A DNA stretch of 64,000 bases. It comes from Malacoraja senta (Eukaryota). The stretch spans positions 1 through 64,000 of the forward strand of contig JAXLNO010000230.1 of NCBI GenBank assembly GCA_038087875.1. The letters are read 5' to 3'. Below, piece by piece: positions 37,565 through 51,543 of this stretch. The notes beneath the pieces are model-generated. The model did not search any database. It saw nothing but the letters and a program-made list of their open reading frames with translations, and was not told the DNA's origin. The translations under genes were made by a program, and so were the position numbers. Each line of letters opens with the position of its first letter. Positions within the stretch are counted from its first letter, which is position 1.

Positions 37565-38344
37565 CCTATCTGGGACACATGACAATAAACTCTCTTGAAT
37601 CTTGATTAGATTATAGCTATTGACAGTTCCCGAACCCAATCACAAAATTCACCATTACATTGTTTCTACAGAAAGTTCTAGCAGGAAGACAGTTTACAAA
37701 AGAATAGAAACATTTCTCCAGGTAGTATAAACAATTTGAACAAGGCTTCACACTTCACAAGATAACAGCACAAACACTGCAACATAATAGTAAGATTAAA
37801 CGAGAACTTACCAAGTTTGAAGTTTGATCTTTATTTTATGAGGAGTAACGTTGAGGGATTACGTGAAGAAGCCCCGTCCAGCCGCACACGCGTCAATCTT
37901 TCAAAGCAGCGGAGTGACAATCACAGACGATAATTACTGAAGTATGATAGTAAGATGCATAAAGACTTAGAACTACCAGCTTGATCCTTTTATGAGGGTG
38001 GGAGCGGAGGGCACGTAATCCCTCAACGTTACTCCTCATAAAATAAAGATCAAACTTCAAACTTGGTAAGTTCTCGTTTAATCTAACTATTTTACTTCAG
38101 AGTCACGTGAGTGACTACGTGAAGATTTCAAAGCTCTGTGATTTCACACCGTGGATTCAAATCCAGGTGTTCACTGCATCGATTGACTCTATTTGAGTAA
38201 GCACAATCAACAATGCATAACCACAACATTTGAATGTAATCAGTTAATGGTTTTATTTATTTTAATAAAATAACAAAAATTAGGCCCATTTATAATGGGG
38301 GATTTAATACTGTATCCAGCACGGCATCACCAAACCCTCTGAGA

Positions 38345-39200
38345 TCTTTAATCTCCTTGTGGTAATACTCCTGCGGCCGCGAGAATAAGGTCTATTGGCA
38401 CGCTGAATCCCTGGCCGCTGATGTTGATGCCGCCCTCGTGGAATGAGATTTAAATTTATCAGTATCAATACCTGAATATCTCAACACCTGTTTCAACCAT
38501 CGTGAAATTGTTTGTGTTGATACTTTCTTATGAGGCTTTTTATGACTAATGCCTCTTAAAACTTTTGTTGTTTCTATGTAACATTTCACATATGTTACTA
38601 CACACAGTCGTGAATCTGTAGGTAATGCTAAAAATTCCAACTTGCATCCTATGGACCCAGGTCTACTTTGCTTCAGTAAATCAGACATAGAATGTCACGG
38701 CATTTTGCCCTACTTTCATTCTATCAATTCTGAGTTTCTGTAATGTTTGAACTCTCTGCGCTGAAACTAATGCCATGAGCATAACCAATTTCATGGTAAT
38801 TTTGGATAATGACAGGGTTTCAACTGGATTCCAACTCCTTAGGAACATCAGTACATCTTTTACATTCCAAATTTCTGTATACCTGGGTCTGGGAGGATTA
38901 GAGTTGAAAATTCCTTTCATATACCTACAGACCCAAGGATGTTCTCCAATTGGAGTTTGTTCTGATTCACTGCTTAAATATGCAGAGAGTGCACTTCGTG
39001 CAGTATTAATTGCACTATAACTTAATTTCAATTCATAGTGTAGAGTTGAAAGAAACTCTATTACATCTGAAATTTCTACTGTGTTATATGCAATATTCTT
39101 TCCTGAACAAAACACCTCCCATTTCTTTATATAGGAAATGTACTGCTTCTGGGTACTATTCCTTCAGGCTGCTGTCATAACATCCACCGTATGGTCTGAT
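38345..39200 (-). pseudogene. DIRS tyrosine recombinase remnant
   Basis: SAINTARSALS, LVSAQRVQTL, LLKQSRPG, LCVV, TISRWLK, HSTRAASTS; frameshifted. Confidence 0.9.
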
Positions 39201-39300
39201 AATCCTTTTCCAAGATATGCCTTCTTAGAATCTGCAAATCAACAAACCAATACGATTATGTAAAGGATGTGATTCATTAGTCACAGGGTGTACAAGCAGT

Positions 39301-39771
39301 TTAATCTGCTTTGGAATAACCATAAGGGGTTTTTTGATCATTTTTAACACCAGTGGGTACCATACCTGTGTAGGCCAATCTGGTACTACCAAAATCCCTG
39401 AGGCTTGAATCTTGTTTAATTTTCTGTATGCATTTGTGGATTAAACAAAATGGTGGAAAAGCATACAGAAACATACTCCCCCAATGTAGCGAGAAAGCAT
39501 CCACCACTACTGCTCCAGGATCAGCTTCCCATGACACATACTTAGTCAACTGGTGGTTCAATCTTGATGCAACCAGATCAATTTCTGGCATTCCAAATTG
39601 TGTGATAATTTGTGTGAATATTTTCCGATTTAACATCCATTCTGTATTATCATTAAATTTACGTGATCTTTTGTCTGCAATTGTATTAATTTTTACCTGG
39701 TAAATATATTGCTGACAGCCAAATTTTTCTGGCAATACCCCAGGTCCAAATTTCATTTGCCAATTTATCAC
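39301..39771 (-). pseudogene. DIRS methyltransferase-like (N6-adenine MT fold) domain remnant
   Basis: PEIDLVASRLNHQL...DAFSLHW...YAFPPF. Confidence 0.85.
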
Positions 39772-39779
39772 ATGATTCT

Positions 39780-40900
39780 GATTTTATACCACCCATGTGA
39801 TTTATGTATGCTACAGCTGTAGTATTGTCAACCTGTACCTGAACATGCACATTTCCCATATCAGTGCAATAAGCTCTAAGGCCGTAAAATGCGCCTAATA
39901 GCTCTAGATAATTGATTCCCAGATTTCCAGCAAAGGTACTTCATTCACATTCCACCTACCTCCACAGCTGGAAATCATGTTAGTAGCGCCCCAACTCAGC
40001 ACACTTACATCAGTCTGTAGAGTGACGGAAGGTGTTTCTACCAGAACCTTTCTGGAAGCATTAGAAACATTGTTAATCCACCATTCTATTTCTGTAATGG
40101 ATTGAATTGTTAATTTCATGGGCCTATCAAAATGCCCTCTATTCATTTTTAACGCTTGTACCTTAGCTCTCTGTAAACATTGATAATGCAATGGTCCAAA
40201 CGTGACCGCTGGAAACCCTGCAATTAATTTGCCTAGCAAGCTTGCCACTTCTCTAATTGAAGGTGTGTCCTCGTTAATGGGTTTTATGCAACCTTCAATT
40301 AACTGCAGCTTTTTATCTTTGGCAAAGTGATTACCATGTGTTCGGAGTTAATTGTGAACCCTAGGTAATCAATCTTTTTGCTTGGTAACAATTTAGATTT
40401 TTGTAGGTGAATAATGAAACCTAATTTCTCAAAATGTATTTGACTCTGGATACTGACAATTTTGCAGCAGCCAAAGTGTCCCCTACAATGAGGATATCAT
40501 CTAAATAAGCCATTAATACATGGCCCTCAGCTCTTAACAGAGCTAAAATTTGGTTTGAGCAATTTAGTGAATAATCTTGGTGCTGAAATCAGACCATTGG
40601 GCAATGCTTTAAATTGCCATAACTGACAGCCATCTAAATTTCATATATCTTTGATCATTACCATGCATTGCCACAGAATAATATGCATTTTTCAGATCTA
40701 TGCTGCCTTATAGCAATTCTTTGTGACTAGCTAAATGGCATTAGTAAATATTTCCATTTTGAAATGTTTCTATTGTACATAAAGGTTAAGATTTGTCAGA
40801 TCGGAAATGATTCTATGTCCACCATCCCTTTTCTAGGAGAATATTCCTAGGAGAATATTTGACACAAACTGATGGTGTTGTTCTCCTGACATTTATATCA
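39780..40900 (-). pseudogene. DIRS RT and RNase H remnant
   Basis: FKALPNGLISAPRLFTK, AYLDDILI, ASLLGKL, LQTDVS..WGA, VQVDNTTAVAYINHMGG; many frameshifts. Confidence 0.85.
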
Positions 40901-43399
40901 TCCTTTTCTGCATAAAGTTTTTCAATTCTCCTTTGATCAACCCATTCTCTTCCTTTGAGAAAAATCCGTGACCAGTTTGAATTATGGTGAATTGGAGGAT
41001 CCAAACGTGGAGAGAACTCAATTTTGAATCCTACAATGCTACATAGAATAAATGAATCATTTGTTATTGATTGCCATTCTTTTAGGAAGAATCGTAACCT
41101 TCCCCCTATTTGTGAGTGTGAAACATTTGTTGTGTTTCTTACCAGACCAAGCCCCCTAACCTCGGGATTTGCCACCGGCAGTTGTTGTCCCCTTCTAGTA
41201 GGCACATTGTAACCACCACGTATCCTCGGTGCAGCACGTCAACGTGTATACGAGAATGATAGGATTGTTCCTTCTCCAGCACCACATTTCGCCTGTAGGG
41301 ATACTGCCTTCTCACCGCTCTGCTCAGCATAGGTGATCCTTAAGTTTCTTTGCTAGATTTTCTCCAAAACAGATTTAGGCATTTGTATATTGCATGGTTT
41401 GCAGAGCCTGCATTCTTATGATGAATATTTGGTCTTATTGCATTTTTATGAATACAATTTATTTCAAAGTGCGCACTACTCATGAGTGCTACATTTTGTT
41501 GTGAATACGATATATAACCTTCATCCAAACCACTGACCCCAGAAATTTCAGCACTTGTGTAATTTCAATTCTTGTGAGCGTAAACCACTGCTCAAATTAC
41601 CCATATCAAGTTTATTCACTGCTGTAACTGCTACAATATTTTTTGATAGTCTCATCCATGGTTAATTCCTGGGCTGATGGGAGAGTAGATAATTTATAGT
41701 CATAGCTATTTCCTCTCTCAAAGGTTCCCCTGTTACTCTGGGAACAGCAAAGTTTTGTGCCAGCCTTGGAACATTTTTGGCTCTGATAATGGGCTCTGGT
41801 GCTCATTTAAATCATCATCTAAATCTAGATATTCATTTTTATGTTGGGTAATTTCTGGCTCCCCTGTTTCAGGTAAGTCTCTGCCAGATTCCCCCTGCGA
41901 GGGCTCTCTTGTAGGCCCACGGACAGGCAGCCCTGCTTCAGGTGCTGCTGGCGCTGGCACAATTCTAGGCCAACGCTTCATTATTTTTACTCTTTATATT
42001 TGTCGGTGCTGGCACATTTATCATTGCACGTTTGTGCTGCCTTTTGTTCAGGCATTTCTAGTACTGGCTCTCCAATAGGCCAACACATAACTTGCCTTTT
42101 TTCTGGCATTTTGGGCACTGGCTCTCCTGTAAGCCAACCTCTTTAATGTTTCTGCACAGGCACTGATGGCTCTCCTGTAGGCCACCCTTGTACCTGTTCC
42201 AAGGCACCTCCTGTGCTATACTTCATTGGCCAACACCGACTTAAATCCTCCTGTGGGGGTTCTTTACAAATCATCTGCCCCATAAGGAGTTAGAAAGTTT
42301 TTGACCCTTGCAGTGTAATACTCTTTCCTGCCTGAGGAGGGCATGACTCCGGGTCTGACTCATCCGAGTCTACAGGTCGGGCCGATTTATTATTATTTTT
42401 TTTTCCTCAGCCTTGCGCCCCGCCGCCGGCGGTTTAACGCACATTCGACCACAACGGGAGTTAATGGCTTCGCTGCCACTGACTCCCCTGACTGACGCCC
42501 GCTACCCTTAGGATCTGGGGTTTTACTACGGTGCGTCCCTGGCCCCTCTCCTTCCCATTTCTCCATAATAAACTTGTGTGGAGCTCCACCAACAAGTCTA
42601 AACGGGAAGGAAACGCTCCTGTAAGTGAAAAGTAACTCCACTTACCTTCTGACTTTTGTTTTACTTTTGTTTTACTCACCGGCTGGAGGAGCTCCTGCTC
42701 CTCCACACACGGTCATGAACGCTATGCGTCTGATCGATAATGACGCGTGTGCGGCTGGACGGGGCTTCTTCACGTAGTCACTCACGTGACTCCGAAGTAA
42801 AATTAACAGTACTTTACAACACCTCCCTATCTGACCTAATCATGCATATGCAACACCTCTTAGCTCTTCTACAAAACCCTCATACAAATAAACAAAGGGA
42901 GAGACATTTGGACCTCGCCTTATCCTCAACTTCCATCTAGGGTCCAGACTCCTTGGAGCGTGACTCACAGCTTGTAACCTTCCACAGAAAGTGGACAAAC
43001 AGGCTTTGCAAATACAGAGATTCTCCATTTTGTGACATATTTTATTTGGCCAATATTATCATTAACAGGACTTAAGACATAACATGTATTCAAAAAATAT
43101 TTTACTGATAGGCTGCATATATGTGAAGTTTTCACAATTCTTGTAAGAACTCATGATATAGAATCATAAAACGTTTGTTTTTTACTGCACCAAGGAGATC
43201 TTCCAACTCCATCTTCTACCTAGCTTCCACAGCAGCAACATCATCAAATTATATTAAAAATATGCTGCAAAAAGAGTCACAAACTTTGGAATTCATATTT
43301 TTCAGTATTGTTATCAAGGCAAAGAAAGCAGTTCCAATTGTTTGATATTATTTTGATATTATTCATGAGGAAAAAATATAATAACTCTAAAACCTACCT

Positions 43400-46300
43400 C
43401 AATTTTACAATCTCTCTTCTCTCTTCTCCACTAACTTTCTTTTTAAAACTGGAAGGATTGTCTAAGAATAATTCATTCTGGAGATTTAACTCTCAAATTT
43501 TAAAAGATCCACAAGCGAGTATATATTTAAAAGAACAAATGGAGGTCTTTTTTCAAACAAATGATACTTCAGATATATCGCCTACTTTACTTTGGGAATC
43601 TTTTAAAGCATACATTAGGGGTATTATAATTTCATATCAAGCTTTTCAAAATAAAAAGAATAAGAATGAACAAAGACAGTTAGAAGAACTTATTAGACAA
43701 ATGGATATAGATAATGCTAAAGATCCAACAATAGATAAACATAATAAAATAATAATTTTAAAATTTAAATTAAATAAATTATTATCTGCCAAACTTATAA
43801 GACTTTTTCAAATTACAAAACAAGAGCACTTTGAATTTGGGGATAAACCGCATAAACTTTTGGCTCGCCAGCTAAAAAAACGAGAAAAGGAACATACTAT
43901 ACCAAAGATCAAATCAGATAAAGGGGAATTATTAACAACACCGAAGGATATTAATAAAAGATTTGCGCAATTTTACGAGAATTTGTATACATCTAAAACG
44001 ATAATTGATTCCAATAATATCACAAAGTTCTTGGATACCTGTAATCTTCCAAAGTTAGAGCTGAAGGAACAAGAGGAACTGGGTGCACAAATCTCAATTA
44101 AGGAATTAGAAGATACAATAAACTCACTAAAAAATGGAAAAACACCAGGCCCTGATGGATTTACTAATGAATTTTATAAAAACTTTTATGAAAAAATAAT
44201 ACCAAGATTACAAAAAATGTACCAATACGCTTTTAAAAAACGAATACTACCTGATACATTAGCGGAATCAACGATTACATTAATACCTAAGAAAAATAAG
44301 GATTTAGAAGATCCTGGCTCATATAGAGCTATAGCATTGTTAAACACAGATCAAAAAATATTAGCGAAAACATTAGCCAGAAGATTAAGTAAATACATTA
44401 GTAAATTTAATAAACCCAGATCAGACAGGGTTTATCCCTAAGAGATATTCTTCTAATAATATGAGACGTCTACTCAACATAATGCACTCACACAAATCTG
44501 AAGATCAAGAATTATCAATTATTTCGCTGGATGCTGAAAAAGCATTTGATCAAGTAGAATGGAACTATATGGATAAAGTATTACAAAATTTCACTGGGAG
44601 AGAATTTTATTTTATGGATTAAGTTACTATATAACAAACCTACAGCTAGAATACTTACTAATAACATATTATCCTCGAAATTTCAACTATCAAGGGGAAA
44701 TAGACAAGGATGCTCATTATCACCACAGCTGTTTGCTCTCATTATTGAACCGCTAGCAGAAAAAATTAGAATACACCCTGATATTCATGGATATAATACT
44801 AAAGACTCATATAATAAAATATCTTTATACGCGGATGATATATTATTGTATATTACAAAACCTCAAATCACTATACCAAATATATTAAATTTAATTGAAG
44901 ACTTCGGATCTTTTTCTGGATATAGAATAAATTGGAATAAAAGTGAAATTATGTCAATAAAACCGAAAGATTCAACACATCTTTTAAAATTCCCTTTTAA
45001 AATAGCTACAGAAACATTTAAATATTTGGGAATCGAAATTACCAGAGCATATCAAGGTATGCTCAGGGCAAATTTTGACCCCCTACTTAATAAACTGAAT
45101 ACATAATTAAATTCTGGAAAACGCTTCCGATGTCTTTAATAGGCCGAATAAACGCAATAAAAATGATCTTTTTACCACAAATTTTATACCTATTTCAATC
45201 AATTCCTATATACTTACCTAAGAAGTTTTTTAAAAAACTCGACTCAGATATCACTAATTTTATATGGGACTATAAATCACATAGAATACAAAAAACCCAT
45301 CTGAATAAATCTAAAGTATTGGGGGGTCTAGCACTACCCAATTTTATGTATTATTATTGGTCAGTAAATATTAAAAACATGATTCAACTGATGGATAACT
45401 CCGCCCAGCAAGTAGACTGGATTGTAATGGAGAAAGAGGATTGCTCCTCTAGAAACATTGGAGCGATCCTCCTCTCTCCAATGAAATTGAATAACATAAA
45501 CTATAATAAGAACCCAATTATTCATAGTACAATCCGTATTTGGAAACAAATAAAACAAAATTTAAAATTAAGAAACTTATCACTTTTATTACCTATAGTC
45601 AATAACCCTTCGTTTAGTCCTTCTATTATAGATAAAGCTTATACACAATGGGATAGACTAGGAATTAAAACGCTTGGTGACTTGTATGAAACTGGAAAAT
45701 TACTTTCATTTCAACAATTACAAATAAAATATAAACTCGGAAATAATCAATATTTTAAATACTTTCAAATATGCGACTATTTGAAAAAATATATAAAAGA
45801 TCATCATAATAACCCAGCAGATGTACTGGACGAGGCAATGCAGACAAAAGCGGAATCAGCAAACTTAATATCATATTTGTACAATATTATCTTAAATGTA
45901 CAAATACCATCTACGGAGGGTATCAGAAGAGACTGGGAACAAGAGTTAGCTATTAAAATTTCAAAGGAAAGTTGGAATGAATACTTATTAAAAGTACATA
46001 AATGCTCGATTAATGTAAGACACACTTTAATACAATTTAAAATTTTACATAGATTATATTATTCGAAAACTAAAATTCATAAAATTTTCCCAAACGTATC
46101 ATCTATTTGTGATAAATGTCAATCCCAAGAAGCAACTATAGCGCACTCATTTGTCTTCTGTACAAAAATTCAAAAATTTTGGAATGAAATTTTTGAAATC
46201 TTTACAAAGTTATTTAAAACAAGACTGATACCCAAAGCAGAATGGATTATCTTCGGAATAACGGAAGATGATCCAGAACTAAATGTGTTTCAAAAGAAAT

Positions 46301-46915
46301 TAATGGATTATGGGTTAATAACTGGAAAAAAGCTAATTCTAAAATTTTGGAAGAAGGCTCCAATACCAACTATAAATATGTGGATTTCAAATATGTTTGA
46401 AACACTACACCTTGAAGAGATAAGACTCCTCCTAGCAGGTAAACCAGATCACTTCCACCTGACGTGGTCTGCATTTATAGAATTATTACAAACATAGGGT
46501 GCAAAAGTACTTTAAAAAAATAAAAAATTGAGGTCGGGTAAGGGGGGATGATAGTTGAAGAGTTGGTATGTCCTATTTACGTGATGCTCAAAAAAAAAAC
46601 ATTTGTTTTTCTTTTTTTCTCTCTCTCTTTTCTTTTCTTAGGGCCTATTTCTTAACTCTTTTTTTTTTGTTTTTAATTTCGCTTTCATAGGGTCCTCGTC
46701 CTTTTTTTTTTTTGTTGTTACATTTTCTACACTTTTCTACACTTGCACTTTTTCCTTCACTTTCTTCTCTCTTTCAATCTTTTCTTTCTTTAGCGTAAAA
46801 AAAAAAAATAAAGGGAGTACATTAATTGTAAGAAGATATAAATGACGAGTATTAATGTATGTGGCTGTGATGTAATGTACTTCTAATAAATAAAAATTAA
46901 AAAAAAAAAAAAAAA
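43400..46915 (+). mobile_element. 5'-truncated L1-clade LINE (most of ORF2, 3'UTR, poly-A)
   Basis: ORFs 43308-44441, 44846-45106 and 45130-46497 with WRFN, KTPGPDG, YRAIALLN, DAEKAFD, RQGC, YADD, ICDKC; AATAAA plus poly-A. 5' boundary approximate; no clear TSD. Confidence 0.93.
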
Positions 46916-46929
46916 TCTCATTAAAGATA

Positions 46930-47954
46930 TTCTCCCTTTCCCTCTCCCCTCCCCCATCTCTCCCCCTTCCCTTCCCTTCCCCTCTCCCCCTCCCCATCCC
47001 CCCTCTTTCTGGCAGGGGGGGGAAGATGAAGGTGGCTTGGGCCCTGCGGGGGGGGGGGGGGAGATGAAGGAGGCGTGGGCCCTGCGGGGGGGGGGGGTGA
47101 GAGATGAAGGTGGCGTGGGCCCAGCGGGGGGGGGGGGTAGATGAAGGTGGCGTGGGCCATCGGGGGTCGGTGGGGGTGGCGTGGGTGGAAGATGGCTTGG
47201 TACCCCGGCGGCGGGGGAAGGCGAGGGTAGCGGGCCCCGCCGCAGCGGCGTCTGGTGTTGGGGTTACAGCCGCTCCCGCCCGGCGACGGGAGGACGGTCT
47301 CCTGGTCGCCTGATTGGCCGTTGGCGAGGCTCCGACGCCGCGGATGGAATCGCTGGACCGGGCAGGCGGGCAGACGGCGGGCAGACACCACACCCCGCAC
47401 CCCCCCCCCCGGACGCCGGAGATGGAAACGCTGGACCGGGCGGGCAGACACCGCACCCCTCCCCCAGACGCCGCGGATGGAAACGCTGGACCGGGCGGGG
47501 ACCCACCGCACCCCCCCCCCCGGATGCCGCGGATGGAATCGCTGGACCGGGCGGGCAGACACCGCACACACGCACCACGCACCCCCCCCCCCGGATGCCG
47601 CAGATGGAAACGCTGGACCGGGCGGGGACCCACCGCACCACGCACCCCCCACTCCCACTACTTGCCTGGAGTATACGCGAGGCATCGAGCTCAATGGGTG
47701 AAGCACAAATGGCAGTCTGATACCGCCCGGGCCCACTGCGCACGCGCGGAGAGAAGGCATCATTTTGCGTCGCTTCCCCAACTGCGCAGGGCGCGGATGG
47801 GCGCATTTCTTTCTCCCCCAGTGGCCGGAACCAGAATTTCGGGCGATTTTCCACAAAGTGGAAATGCTGATTGTGAATTTAAAAAAATTCTGGGGATTTT
47901 TTCTTACTCTGGGGAAAATAAGGGGGGTGTGGTCGCACCCTTCGGACGGCCATG
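46930..47954 (-). mobile_element. GC-rich end of a probable DNA transposon with subterminal tandem repeats
   Basis: Five to six units of GCCGCGGATGGAAWCGCTGGACCGGGCGGG...CCGCACCCC (about 47335-47650) and a GATGAAGGTGGCGTGGGCC repeat (about 47025-47160). Minus strand begins CATGGCCGTCCGAAGGGTGCGACCACACCC (hAT-like). Partner end not found. Confidence 0.45.
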
Positions 47955-48709
47955 AGGCTGTGTCCACATTTCTTTCCATAACGCCTCTTGGATCTTAGCT
48001 GTCACATTCCCAACATTATCTCAGTAATTATACTTCAAATACGCTTCATTGTCTGTCAAACTCTTTGAGATATCTTGAGATTGGGTAAGACCGGAGAAGT
48101 GATTTTTTGTTTTGACTGAGGATTCACTTTTGAGCTAGTCCTCTCATTCTGTTGCCAGCACAATATCCACAGTTAGGTCACAGATCCATTTCCACTTGGG
48201 AAAGGCCAAACTCCATGATGTTAATTATCTATGAATGTGTGGGCTGCTCCCAGTTGGCTATAGACTCGTGTTTCCTCTTCCCAAACTATTGAAAATAAGG
48301 TCAATGATGCAAATAATCTCCAGTGTGTTTCCATCTTTTAAAATCTGTGAGGAATAAAAAAAATAGGTGCACATATAATATTAATCAGTTATAAATATAA
48401 TATTAATTAGCTGGTCTTGATGTTTTCCTGTAGACTAAATAGTGAATAGTTTTGTATGTTATCACCACTGTTGATAACGGCAGTATAGCCATTGTCATAG
48501 GAGGTTTTTTATTATCTGACCGATGAAAAGCTAGCATTGAATGCCAGCCATTAAAACAAGGGCCCAACATTTTTGCAAACGAAGCAGCAAAGAAGACAGA
48601 CGCTCCAGAAAAGACATGGTCAAAAAATGGAAAGGAAGTAGATTCTTTCAGAAAGCAAGATAACTCTTAAAAACAGGAAAGCATGGCGCTTAGATTATTT
48701 TAATACATT

Positions 48710-49660
48710 AGAAGAAAGGAGAAAGGACGAGGAGGAGCCAGAGGGCTGAGGGAGAGCTGAGAAGGGGAGGAGACAGTAAGGACTACCTGAAATCAGAGAA
48801 GTCAATGTTCATACCGCTGGGGTACAAACTGCCCAAGCGAAATATGAGGTGCTGCTCCTCCAATTTCCGGTGATCCTCACTCTAGCCGTGGAGGAGGCCC
48901 AGGACAGAAAGGTCGGATTTGGAATGGGAGGGGGAGTTGAAGTGCTGAGCCACCGGGGAGATCAGGTTGGTAATTGCGGACCGACCGGAGGTGTTCGGCG
49001 AAGCGATCGCCAAGCCTACGCTCGGTCTCACCTATGTAGATCAGCTGATACCAAGAGCAGCGGATGCAATAGATGAGGTTGGAGGAGGTGCAGGTGAACC
49101 TCTGTCGCACCTGGAAAGACTGCTTGGGTCCTTGAATGGAATCAAGGGGGAGGAAAACGACAAGTGCAGCATTTCTTGCGGTTGCAAGGGCAAGTGCCCG
49201 GAGAGGGGGTGGTTCGGGTGGGAAGGGACAAATTGACCAGGGAGTTACGGAGGGAGCGGTCTGCGGAATAACCAACCTGATCTCCCCGGTGGCTCAGCAC
49301 TTCAACTCCCCCTCCCATTCTGAATCCGACCTTTCTGTCCTGGGCCTCCTCCACGGCCAGAGTTAGGATCACCGGAAATTGGAGGAGCAGCACCTCATAT
49401 TTCGCTTGGGCAGTTTGTACCCCAGCGGTATGAACATCGACCTCTAATTTCAGGTAGTCCTTACTGTCTCCTCCCCTTCTCAGCTCTCCCTCAGCCCTCT
49501 GGCTCCTCCTTGTCCTTTCTCCTTTCTTCTTTCTGCCCCCCCCCCCCCCCCCACCCTCACATCAGTCTGAAGAAGGGTTTCGGCCCGAAACGTTGCCCAT
49601 TTCCTTCGCTCCATAGATGCTGCTGCACATGCTGAGTTTCTCCAGCATTTTTGTCTACCT
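48710..49660. mobile_element. Penelope-like GIY-YIG 3' region as a large inverted duplication
   Basis: About 48710-49265 is on the minus strand (ORF 48877-49275, LIYCIRC..YIGET) and about 49268-49660 on the plus strand. Arms of about 260 bp are reverse complements. Confidence 0.9.
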
Positions 49661-51321
49661 TGTACTTCTATGATCATGGGTTATTTCCCTGATACTTAAT
49701 TAACATCTCTACTGTGTGCAACAGATGAATGTTCGTTGATATACCCAGCAAAATATTTTGTAATGGTCTAAGATGATTATAGACCTCATCAGAGGAATAA
49801 TAAATACTAACTATTCACTGATGGCATCTTCGGTAAACTTGGCATTTATTGCCATTTGTAACTGTCTATAGAAGGAGATAACGGGCTATCTTAATGAATT
49901 ATTGCAGTCCAGGTATTCCCACAGTGCCCTGACCAAGTAATGTATTTTGGAAGGGAACTTGCTGCAAAAATTTGTGGAGAAACGAATGAGACTTTTGGAA
50001 TGGTCAGCTTATCTCAGAAAAACAACAAGATTGAAAAAACAGTTTGAAGAAGGGTCCCAACCCGAAACGTCACATATGCATGTCCTCCAGGGATGCTGCC
50101 TGACCCGCTGAGTTATTCCAGCATTTTGTGTCTTTCCCCGACTAAGATGATCATATTGTCTAACATTGTACTCTGCTCTAATTGTTTACTGGGTAATTAG
50201 TACTGGTTGATTATTGTCATGTATACTGAAATGCAGCCAAATATTGTGTTTTGCATACTGTCCAGTCAAATTATACCATACATTGGTACAATCATGACAC
50301 GCAGAAGTATAAGGGAATGCAAACAGAAAAAATAACCAGAGTACAGAATATAAAGTAACACCTTCAGAGAAAGTACAGCTTAAAATGCAATGAGATAGTT
50401 TGGGAGATCGGACTGCACCTTTGACTAATGGGAAGTTAGGTCAGCAGTCTGATTACAACGGGGAATAGTTCTAACATGCTGCTATGAGGAAACCAAATAA
50501 GATTTGTGTATAAAATTTCAGTTTGTAAAGCGTACTGTTGATAATATGAAAGCATAGGAAGTAGTAGATAAGCTATTTTTTCTATATAGTACTGATAAAA
50601 ATAATAACGGGGAAGAGATTACGTTTTACAATTAAATTATTCTTTTTTTTTAAATGTTCGGGCATATTCCCTTTCACCCAGTCTTGCTGGAGCTGTAACA
50701 AGTTCAGATAATCAGTGTTTGATTATGGATGGTAGCACACCGTTACTCAGCTGCATATCCTATCTCTTTTGCAGCCTTTGACTTGGTGATGAATTTAATT
50801 GTAGATTCCAAGTGCAACAGTAAAAGGACACATTGCAGTATGCTTACTTATACTTGAAATCCCTTTTAAGGTCACACACGAGAAGTCTGCACAAGGAGTG
50901 CCTGCAATTGAATTCTCCGAGTTCAGCATCACTGCAGTTCAGCAGTCCACTCTGTTGTCTCACACCCGCAGAAGCCCAAGTTTGACCCTGCCCTCAGGTG
51001 CTGTCTGTTCTTCCTGCCACTCTATGACTTTTTGACTTATGCTGTGATTTCTTGCGTTCCAGATACATGTTGGTAGATTAACTTGCTGCTGTAATTTCCC
51101 CCTGGTGGAGGTAAATGGCAGGGATCGGTTGACTTGTGCGAAAAAACAAATTGTAAAAACGTCTGTTAAGAAGTAAGGAGGGACTTATGGTGATGCTATG
51201 TCAGGAGTTAGCAGACCTGATGGCTGAAAGGCCTCCTCTGTGTCATAATAAGTGAGTATTTGAGGGGACCTCCTGCACAGATGTGAGAACCAGGTACCAA
51301 TCACATCCAATCAATGCTGAA

Positions 51322-51543
51322 CACTGGTGATAATGTGTAGGACAAAGACCCATCATTTATTTATTTGTCTCTGTACTCCACAATTTGAGATTTGTAATAG
51401 AAAAAAACCACATGTGGTTAAAGTGCACATTGTCAGATGTTAATAAAGGTCATTTTTGTACATTTTGGTTTCACCATGTATAAATTACAGCAATGTTTAT
51501 ATATAGTCCCCCCATTTCAGGGCACCATAATGTTTGGGGGACA
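51322..51543 (+). mobile_element. One IR/DR-type terminal repeat of a Tc1-like transposon
   Basis: About 220-bp segment bounded by related direct repeats ATAATGTGTAGGACA and ATAATGTTTGGGGGACA; recognised by pattern only. Confidence 0.55.

Larger units (their letters stand above)
37786..42802 (-). mobile_element. DIRS1-type tyrosine-recombinase retrotransposon with complete terminal structure and decayed ORFs
   Basis: ITR shared between 37860-37895 and 42741-42777. Internal complementary region at about 38012-38125 is complementary to both termini. gag-like, RT, RNase H, MT and YR remnants are in DIRS1 order. Confidence 0.93.

Noticed and set aside
42840..43028. Short minus-strand ORF between the DIRS and L1 elements as a possible host exon
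   Set aside because: No recognisable homology in the minus-strand frames and no convincing splice sites.
46737..47998. Long ORFs of up to 352 aa on both strands
   Set aside because: Translations of GC-rich tandem repeats running into an L1 poly-A tail; low complexity.
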